The notes under the pieces were generated by a model. It saw only the letters and a list, made by a program, of their open reading frames with translations. It was not told the DNA's origin and did not search any database. The position numbers and the translations under genes are program-made. A stretch of 64,000 nucleotides of DNA from Nymphaea colorata (lineage: Eukaryota), in contig NC_045138.2 of NCBI RefSeq assembly GCF_008831285.2, forward strand, positions 5,518,001 through 5,582,000, written 5' to 3'. Positions 41,933 through 50,817 of this stretch are shown here, one piece after another. Position 1 is the first letter of the stretch. Each line of letters opens with the position of its first letter.

Positions 41933-43580
41933 ATTCACTACTACTTTCTGTTTCATATATTGTTTCATTCTCCGATATATCTGTTTCACTAAGGTTTTCA
42001 ATATTTATATAATCATTTTCTATTACATTTATTAATTTTTTTTATTTGTTGTTTAAGGTCTTTGGCTATATGTCCAATTTTTCGCAATTTTAGCATTTAC
42101 AACTCTTGGGTTTTTAGATACTTATTTTTATTTGTTACTATCTTCTCTTTGGTATTTGTTCTTATATTTTTTGTAATAGTGTTTAAGTTTCTTATACTTT
42201 TTATGTCTCTTAGTTTTGTAATATGATTTACATCCTAACTGTGGTATTATATGTTCGTCACAACATTTATATGGTGATTGTATTATAAGATTTAGTTTTT
42301 TCGATTTTACATATTCTTTACACATTGTTTTGAACCATGTCCTTATGAATTATATTCTTGATCCTAACGTGTCTTCATTTGGTTTATTTTCCTGAATTGT
42401 TTTTATCACTTGTCCATATATTACTGGTGATCATTTTGAAAAGAATAGATCTAAATATCTTGGTTTTTCTTCTATAGTTATACTTGCCAGATAATAATAT
42501 TTACTAAATAGTTGTATATATTCTTCTAAATAACACATATCACATATTGTTAGATGCAGTATGTTTTGTCTAGCAGTTACTTTAATTTGGTCTTCATATA
42601 TTTTTTCGATATTCAAATGTGAGAATTCTGCTTTAATTGATTCTAGATATTTTTCTAATATCTCTAAAGGATTCGTTGTTGTTGTTCCTTTACTATCAGT
42701 TTCTGCTCATAAAGATTCTTTTGAAGAGTTTGGTAGCTGATCAAACCATAAATATATGTTTCCTATAAATGAATTTTCAATATATATGTTGGTACATTTT
42801 TTAATTCTATTTTGATTTCTGTAATGTGCTTGATCATTTCAGCTTTCCAGATTTGTAATAACATTATGTGTTATCTAGATTTAATATTCCTTGTTTTCAT
42901 TCTTTTTCTTCTATTTTGTTTTTTAGTCTAGATTTCCAAATTCTTTCCCATCGTTCATTTTTACTATAGTCATCTTAATGTCTATTCCTATTTGGATTTC
43001 CTTTGTGAGTTCTTGAACCTGCTGGATATTCCTCTTTGATTTTAATTCCTTATTTGGGTGTTGTATTCACATTTATTTCCATGTTTTGTCCTTGATCCAT
43101 TAATTCAGTATATGTTATACTTGGTTCATAGTTTTCTGTTTCGATTTCACTACCTATTTCTATTTTTTGAAGACTATTTGTTTCTAACATGTTAATTTCC
43201 TCTTCATTTACCTTATCTAATTTTTCATTTCTTTTTTCAAATTGCTGGTCGAGTTTTTCCACAAGCTTTTCTAGTAAATTTATTATTTTGTCCATTTTAT
43301 CTTCCAGATACGCTGGGCAACCTTGCACCGACTGTGGTGTATCGGCAGGGTAACCTTCATATTGCCGTATCTTTTCTTTTTTAGGCTTATTTTCTTCGTT
43401 TAGTCTTTTTATTCTTTCTAGCACTGTTTCTGTATTCATTTTTTCTTCGTCTAATATTAGATACATGTCATTCTGGTTTAATTCTAGAAATTTCCTATCT
43501 AAGTTTGTTTCAATCATTTGGCATTTTTGTCCGAAGACAAATGTTTTCTTAGAGCCAGTTTCGTATTCTACTCTGTTCAT
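41925..43580 (-). pseudogene. Viral capsid protein (~550 codons, disrupted)
   Basis: GILNLD, ICDMCYLEEY, Lys/Tyr-rich basic region, degenerate CxCx2Cx4H knuckle at ~42055-42101, acidic C-terminus. Confidence 0.88.
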
Positions 43581-43831
43581 ATGAACGACTCCGTTATTAC
43601 TCTTCCTATTACTAAATCCTAGTTGTACAAGGTCGTCAAATATTTTATCTCTCTTTTGACTATCTGGTCTGAAATATAGAGTTTTTCTGGTTCTCGTTCT
43701 ATTTTCTGAACTTCAGGTTTTTTATGATTTATGTTTCTTATAAAGTCATTTAGTTGGTTACTTATTCTTTTCTGATTTTCTAAAACTAGTTCTAATTCCT
43801 GTAAAATTTTTCCAAATTCTGATTTATCCAT
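43577..43831 (-). pseudogene. Viral ORF0 (84 aa, N-terminal coiled-coil-like), function unknown
   Basis: First long ORF after the leader hairpin; internal TAG is CAG in the 37193 copy; its TGA overlaps the CP ATG. Confidence 0.65.
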
Positions 43832-44309
43832 GATTTGTGGAGCGTTTTCCTATTCGAGAAGTGCAAATATTCTCATTTTCTAGTATGTGCTTTGTGTCTT
43901 ATAATCTATCCGTTGCAGGAAGTGAAATAACCTCAGTTTTCTTTATGACCATCTGACTTTCCCCGATCGGCTTCTGCCTTTGTGGGTACTCGTCTGGGGT
44001 CTTTCCCTCTTGGGTTACACATTCAGACTCCTCTTTTGCCGTATATTCATATAGATGGACTTTGGTGTTCCAAATGATGCAATTGACAGAAAATAAAACT
44101 ACTCTACACATGCTTGAAAATCAAAATACTAACACATACTCGTAAGGAAAACTAACACTTTATTCAATAAAAAAGAGCATACTTACAATACTTACAGATA
44201 GTTCATCAACCTATGACGAAGTTGAAGATACATGGCTACTATTTGTCTCTGGAACACTGTCCATGAGACCTTCAATAGTCTACTACCTAGTTTCAAACTT
44301 ACACAAGCT
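43832..44309 (-). promoter_or_regulatory. Pregenomic-RNA leader with short ORF and long stem-loop (ribosome-shunt configuration)
   Basis: sORF MLFFIE* (44180-44160) ends 8 nt before stem arm 44151-44139, which pairs with 43858-43845; further nested pairings inside. Confidence 0.65.
44159..44164 (-). terminator. Viral polyadenylation signal AATAAA (also 386-391 on +)
   Basis: ~150 nt after the inferred cap site, preceded by two TGTAA motifs, as in caulimovirid terminal-redundancy regions. Confidence 0.65.
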
Positions 44310-45060
44310 AGATAATTATTTACTGTTATGGATTGGCTTTCTATTTTCTCTTGTTGGATAGTTTCTAAATAGGTTTGTGTATGAAGTGGAGTGAACAGAT
44401 TGGTTTTGACTGACATGTTTGTTTTCTGAAATCTCTGGTTTAGGTTGACATTCTTAAATCTCGGTTTGAAAGATAAACTAGGTTCTTCTTGGTTTGTAAC
44501 TTCCAGGGTCTTTGGTTCAAAAATTTTTACTGGGGCTTCTAGGTTTTCTGGGATTTTTATCAAAGGTTCTATTTGGGCTTTCCATTTTAGTAGTTCTTTC
44601 ACTTGGTTTTGTAGTATTGCTAGTTGGGTTTGCTGTTCTTCTAACTCCATCCTTACTAGCCGCACAAATAAACAATTGGTGTTATTGAGAGATTGGCTTT
44701 TAGCAGCAACTCAAATTGTGTGTGTATTCTGATGGTTAGTCTTTTAATCACTTTTGGAAAGTGACCATCCTTCAACGGATTTGATTCGTCTTTACCAGGA
44801 GCCGTTTGCTCTGGACTAGCCATATTCTTTTCCACTTTCAGTGGTTATTGGTGAATATGAGTACCAATGTGTGTGGTTTGTGCTAATTAGTTCATATATC
44901 TGGTAGCATTTTCTCCTTCTACTGTTATTTTACATTCCTTGATAAATAGTCTGTATAGCAATTTTCGTTAGTCTTGATTATTTCGATATCAAAATCAAAT
45001 AATTTTATGTTGTTGACTAGCCTCCTAATTTCTTTCTTTACAATTGAGTTTTCTAGTTCA
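44310..45060 (-). pseudogene. Second copy of the RNase H end and TAV N-terminus
   Basis: Diverged direct repeat of ~37885-38630. Confidence 0.88.
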
Positions 45061-45063
45061 ATT

Positions 45064-45280
45064 GTAAAGAAATATCAGCAAAGAAATATCAGCAATGTCT
45101 CAGACAAGAGCAATCAAAGGACCAATAATGGGAACTAAGAACTTGAAGGAATATTGCCAGTACATGCAAAAATATCAGGAGCATAAGTGTTCAGAATGTG
45201 CAAAAAGTAAAGAACTATGCGAGGTAACCCTCGAAGGAATAAAGACCCAGTCAATACTTCAATCACTACCATGTACATGA
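45064..45280 (+). pseudogene. Inverted TAV C-terminus
   Basis: ORF 45095-45280 EYCQYMQKYQEHKCSEC, immediately before the viral intergenic region. Confidence 0.6.
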
Positions 45281-45358
45281 AAAAGTTGTGATTGATTGGG
45301 AACATATTCTAAAGAGGAAAAGACAATTGCATCGAATAAAACAAAAGAAAAACACAAC

Positions 45359-45460
45359 GAATAAAGTAAAGAAAAAGATATTCGAACGGCAGACAGAGAA
45401 TAAAGTAAAGAAAAAGAAATTTGAATGGCAAACAAAGAATAAAGTAAAAGAGATTTGAAG
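45359..45460 (+). repeat. 39-bp tandem repeat (about 2.5 units) in the viral large intergenic region
   Basis: gaataaagtaaa starts at 45359, 45398 and 45437; also at ~7523-7625. Confidence 0.85.
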
Positions 45461-45598
45461 CAAAGAGATGAAGCACAAAGGCAGACAAATACAAACAGAA
45501 AAGCAGAAAGCAGCAAAGGCTTAATCAGAACCAGAGATTAAGATTCTAGCGGGTCACCTTTCAACCGTTGATCTCCGCAAAGTTTCAAAACCAACCAC

Positions 45599-45606
45599 TA
45601 TAAATA
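45599..45606 (+). promoter_or_regulatory. TATA box of the viral pregenomic (35S-equivalent) promoter
   Basis: ccacTATAAATA, ~29 nt upstream of the leader start AGCTTGTG (45628); also at ~7764. Confidence 0.75.
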
Positions 45607-45706
45607 TGAGAAGTCAGGCACTCGTGGAGCTTGTGTAAGTTTGAAACTAGGTAGTAGACTATTGAAGGTCTCATGGAGAGTGTTCCAGAGACAAATAGTA
45701 GCCATG

Positions 45707-45818
45707 ATAAATATTTGTGTAATATGATTATCTTCTGATCTTGTGTCTATTAAGATTTTCTTTATCATATTGTTTATATGAAATTGTTTTTGGTAACTTG
45801 TTTTACCTGCAGAACTAA
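45707..45818 (-). pseudogene. Short scrambled ORF2 fragment at the right junction
   Basis: Translates AGKTSYQKQFHINNMIKKILIDTRSEDNHIT; homologous to ~41510-41593. Confidence 0.75.
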
Positions 45819-45880
45819 ATTATAGTGCTTTTTGTATTTAAGGACAAATAGGAGCAACAGAAGGAGAGGTGGTAACGTAC

Positions 45881-46798
45881 CATACCGGTGGCTTTAATAA
45901 TGGCATCAGTTTGATGATTTTCGAACAAGTGACCGTCATCTAATTCTTTAATGACCACGTCAATCAAGTCTCTCTTCTCGTCGGCACTACTGGATTCCTT
46001 TCGGCGGTGCTCTGCAAGCCAAGCCGAGGCAACTTCATCCATCTTCAGGTGAACCCTTTTCATGGCATTGAGGTGACCACCCACATCTAGCCACGGGATC
46101 GCGTCAGAGACGGTGAACATACCAACTAGATTGGCAAACTCATCCAGAGCTTCACTAAACTCTTTTCCTTCACCGTCCAAATCAAAGTACCATTTTCCGG
46201 CGATCATCCTAAGGATGATGTTCAAGGCCATGCAGGTCAAATGCTGCTTCATCTCTACCGGCTCATGGTTTCTGCAACTGCCGTACAGGCGCCGCATCAA
46301 GAAGCCCACCTCGTCTACCCGGATGTGCTTGAGCAGCTCAAATTGCTGGCTTGACAGCTGCTCGGTGGCGACGATCTTGTGGAGTTCACAAAAGTAAGGT
46401 CCGTATGGGCTGAATGAGAACATGGCACGATCGTAGGCAAGGTGTTTCCAACCTTCTAGCTGTGGCCGACCGGCAAATGCTCGGTCATTGACAGTGAAGC
46501 ACTCCTTGGCGAGGTCCATGCTGCTCACCACAATGGCATGCATTTGTCCCAGTTGGAGACTGAAGAGAGGCCCGTGCTTCTCTGAAAGAGCAGCGATAGT
46601 TCTATAGAGAGGTGTGGTTCCAGTCAGCAGGTCGAGGTGTCCGACTATTGGCCAAGAACCATTGGGTTCCGATAGTCGGCATCTTCCTTCCCTTTTCCTC
46701 TTTTGCCAAATTTTACAGATGAAGAAAAGGGCAAGCAGAGATGCTAAACCCTCTGCTACCCGCTTGATGGAATCCATAGATGTGGTGATGGACTCCAT
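45881..46798 (-). CDS. CYP82-like P450 copy E, exon 1 (306 codons; 516 aa when spliced to 33013-33645)
   Basis: Open ORF with membrane anchor, WPIVGHL, AKECFTVND, FSPYGPY, DAIIKAT; GTACGT donor at 45880, phase 0. Confidence 0.88.
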
Positions 46799-46917
46799 AG
46801 ATGTGGGGAAGGTATTTTCTCTCCTCCTGCTTGCTAGCTACTTTTGTATGTATATATATTCATAGAATATGCGATTGAGTTTTCTCCCTTGAACAATTTA
46901 GTAGTTAAAGGTGTAGT

Positions 46918-46989
<72 letters not shown>

Positions 46990-48293
46990 AACATGTTTGA
47001 ATAGTCAAACATGGTTGGTGGTTGGATGCTTGAATAGTCAAACATGTTTGGCAGTTGGAGATCTTGGTCAGGACGTATTAACGAGGAAGTGTTTGTTTTT
47101 TAATATTTCCCTCAGAACAAGAACGGAGTCATTTTCTTGAAGGTTAAGGAATTCTTAAAACGATAAATAGACAGTATGCCATGGATCATGTAGAATCACA
47201 TGTGGTAATGTGTGAGTAGTTGCCCTCACAGTCTCACACATTTTGTTTATTTCCCTATTTATTTGTATATGTATGCCCCTTAATTATTTACTTAATGCTC
47301 TTTAATCTTTTTATTATGTCTAATATTTTTTTTGAATAAGTGCTCCTCGAAAAAAAAACGTATGGCTTTTGCCCAAGGAAACAGGAATGAGCAATAGGGA
47401 GCTTACCACTGGAGCTAAAATGCTTCAAAGAGTAGAAACACATTTTCAAATCGTTATCTTATTAACCATGGCAGGTTACAATAATGGATTGCTAGGAGGT
47501 AGGCTCCCCACTTTTATTACCAAAAAATGATATTTACAATAATTAACAGAGGATGCAAGGCATCGACAGGAAAATTGCAAGGACCAAAAAACCCTCACCC
47601 CTCAAAAATACAAGACAGAGAACATCTGAACCAAGAGCCTATAGTTAAGCCAAAAACAAAACTGTCTGCCCGTCTGCTATTAGGCTAACAAAACATGCAA
47701 TAATACCCGCCATCGTCGCGTCCATCTTGATGACCATAAATCAAGGATGCTGACCTGATCCACTCACAAAAAGTGATAGTCTATATTGGTTCTTTCAGAA
47801 CACTTTCTGAATAGGACCCATCTTGCTGGAATGGTACTGCGCCCTTCAATCATAATGGTTCTGCACCCTTCAATCATAGCTCGTAATCAAAGATATGATC
47901 GTGAGACTTCCTGAACTCTTCAGCATTTTACCTAGCCAAAACTCCAGCAGGTGCATTTCAGCTGTATCCCCCCTACTGTGAGCCATTCTATTAAGCAACT
48001 TGTAAGCTCCAGCATCCCTGTCCCACCAGACTGCAGCCATCATTAACCTTATGTTAAATCTTCTATGTGCAACTTGAAGAGTATGATTGCCCTTATGTAT
48101 TTCTTCTCTTTTACTACAGAAAATACCACAAGTTGAATCAGTTGCAAGTTTTCCTCCTGCGAAAAGATCGCCTTACCCTTTGTCCTATCTTCCAAATCCT
48201 ATTTGTAATGCTACCAATGGATGGGTGCTGCCAATTATCATGGGCTGTTTGGTTTTTAATTAAAAAAGTAACATAACGACGGTGGTTGGCAAT

Positions 48294-48664
48294 TAAGGAC
48301 GTTAACGCCTCAAAGGATTGGCTTCAAACTGGATAAACCCTTAACCATATCTGTTTTTTTTTAATATTCACATATTTGGATTCAAATCCAAAATTTGGTT
48401 TCACAATTCGAACCTGATTTTTATATTCATGTCCAAATCTAAATCCAAATTCTGAATCAAAATTTTTCAATTTTCAAAATGTAAGAGAATTAAATATAAG
48501 ACATTTGTTTAAAACAAATCCGGTCCAAATCTGATGGGATGCTATTTCTTAAATCTTAATCGGATAAATATGATTTCTTAATCATATATTAATTTTTTTG
48601 CATCAGACTTTTTTTATCGGTTCAATTGGATATCCAATCCAAATTGAATATATTGATATCCTTA
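48294..48664. mobile_element. hAT-like MITE (duplicate of 10441-10808)
   Basis: Same TIRs and flanks. Confidence 0.6.
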
Positions 48665-49549
48665 TTAACAATGATAACAATGTGATATTGCTTCATGAGT
48701 TTGCCCTAAAGTTTGAGGGAGATTCAAAAAACAATTTGCTATAATGTTTCAGTATCAAATTTTTGGGGTAGATATATGAAATAGAATGTCATTGTTCCCA
48801 TTACCAAATGCCCTCAAAAGACAAAAAAACTTGGAACTATTTTTCCATTTCTATGGAAAGAGAAAAGTGGGAATTCTTTTTGTGAGCATGGCTTGATGAT
48901 AGTGAAATTCCGGATAAAATTGCTATCTTTGTGAATTGGATATTTTCGACAAAATTGATATTTTTGAATTTCAGTATTCCTATCCACAAATTGTAATTCC
49001 GACAAATTTTGTTTAAGTTATTTTCTTTTCAGTCTTCTAGCATTTGGGAAATTGAGTATGATTTTTTTCGCCCCATTTATGAATAGATTTTGTTTTCATT
49101 TAGTTTAGTAAATACTTTTGTTTTTTCTTATATGCATATATGTACGTTTTTTTTTACTTTTTTCTTTTCTGAATGTCGCTTGTCAAATCTTTTCAAATGG
49201 GACTATTTGCAAGGCATTGAATTCATACCGACTACTGTATTGAACACATAAAAGAACTTACAAAATTCGTTAATGAATTCCCATTTTCTAGATCTGCCTT
49301 TCTACTTGCTGATTGAAGGCATGTTATGTTCCTTAGTCAATAAGGGAGTGTTTAATAGCCTTTGATTTAAGGGAGTATTTTCTAAATCTTACTTCATCTT
49401 CTCATGATTCTGGTGCACTCAAGTATAGCTTCTTGACTCCGAAGATGAGATTTGAGAGAACGAAAAGAAATAGAGTGAGATATTGATTACATATCTCTAA
49501 TGAGAATTATTTAGAAGAAGAATCAATTACTTTGGATGATCTCTTAGGG

Positions 49550-50808
49550 TTGCTTTGGGTGAAGCCCTAAAGTGATGAGCATATGCCTCCAAAAGATCTT
49601 CTTATGTTGGACCTTGAACAAGCTTGTTCCCAAAGATGGAGAAGAAGAATAGATGAAGAGACAAAAGGAGGAAAAGAGCTAATAGAAAACTCTAAAATGA
49701 AGAGACAAAAGGAGGAAAAGAGCTAATAGAAAACTCTAAATCTTCAAGTGACAGAGCACTAGAGGTTCCCAAAAGATTAGCTCATGTCCAAGAGGAAGGA
49801 TTGTGAGGGTATTTATAAAGAGTTTTGGAGCAAAAACTGAAAATTTGATTTTTTTTTTTTAATTTAACAAGATTTTCTTGAAAATTTCAAATATTTTTGA
49901 ATAATTTTTAATTTTTTAAAATATGCTTTCACTAAGTGGGATTAGCCGACAGGGCTAATGCACACCTAGCCAGGCCAAAATCACCCCCCAAGGGGCGGTT
50001 TTTCATCAAAATGGGGGCCCTGCGTGCACAGACCTTGTCTCAGTGTGCAACGCATATCAGCGGCGATGCGTGAAGGCGCTCTCACGTGCTCATTCGACTG
50101 CATGGCACGCTTGTGCGTTTGCTCGACCACGTGGCACGCTTGCTCGACCTTGTGGCGCACTCGCGTAGTGTGCGCACTTGCGCGCGCGTGATTTTTGTTT
50201 TTTGTTTTTGTTTTTTAAATCAAAATAAAAAATAATACTGAAAAGTTGTTTATATAAGAAGTGTAAAACCTTTTTTATTTAAAATGTAAGCAATGATGAT
50301 TTTTGTTAAAAATGGGCGGCCGACTATGTTTTGAGAAATTCCAGGTTCGTTTTATATTTGGATTGGGTTCAATTGGTCGCCCATGCATTCTAAGGAGTAA
50401 TTTAAGCTCAAAAGCACATCTCGACACAAAAGCAAAACATAAAACAAAGGAAGGTCCATGTGTGTGCGGGGACACACTCAATGACATTAAATTTTGCCGT
50501 TCGGATATCAGCTTTGGAATTTGAGTTTCAATTTTTGATTAGGATCTAAACTTGGGTTTGGGGTCTAATTCGGATCCGAGAATTGGATTTTGGATATGAA
50601 TCTCACGTCTAAGGTTGGGTTTTGATTTTAAATTTTGTGTTTGGGATTGGACAAGGTTTAGAGATTTATTTTGGATCGACTAGTCGCAAATTTATTTTGG
50701 GTCTAGGATTGCGCTTAAGGACAAGGAATTAATCCAGATAAAATAATTGAGAACTGAGTGAAAATGAAATACACCCCTTTAAAAAAAAAAGAATTTGGGG
50801 AGATAACA
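49550..50808 (-). mobile_element. Probable Ty3/Gypsy LTR remnant (duplicate of 11700-12970)
   Basis: Same sequence, ending ggggagataaca. Confidence 0.4.
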
Positions 50809-50817
50809 GTGCTTCGT

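Larger units (their letters stand above)
35711..45818. mobile_element. Rearranged endogenous caulimovirid (~10.1 kb) inserted in the intron of P450 copy E
   Basis: Empty site atagcttagcgattttagtgc seen in copies B and D; CP zinc knuckle, MP N-terminus, two protease domains, RT, RNase H and TAV; no integrase or LTR seen. Confidence 0.95.

Noticed and set aside
43899..44111. 70-aa leader ORF (MCRVVLFS...) as a ninth viral gene
   Set aside because: It lies inside the predicted hairpin, and its middle differs among the three copies through indels; more likely a leader uORF.
37351..44309. Activatable, infectious provirus
   Set aside because: ORFs carry stops or frameshifts, the MP core is missing, and the main-tract RT and Pol protease have lost catalytic aspartates.
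45359..45460. CRISPR-like array
   Set aside because: Eukaryotic context; contiguous 39-bp tandem units without unique spacers; no cas genes.
35711..45818. Ty3/Gypsy LTR retrotransposon as the identity of the RT-containing insert
   Set aside because: No integrase, LTR pair or TSD seen; CP knuckle type, MP-like and TAV-like ORFs and RT motifs fit Caulimoviridae.
45815..46798. Stand-alone 327-aa single-exon gene
   Set aside because: It is P450 exon 1 reading through the GT donor at 45880; it lacks the heme-binding half.
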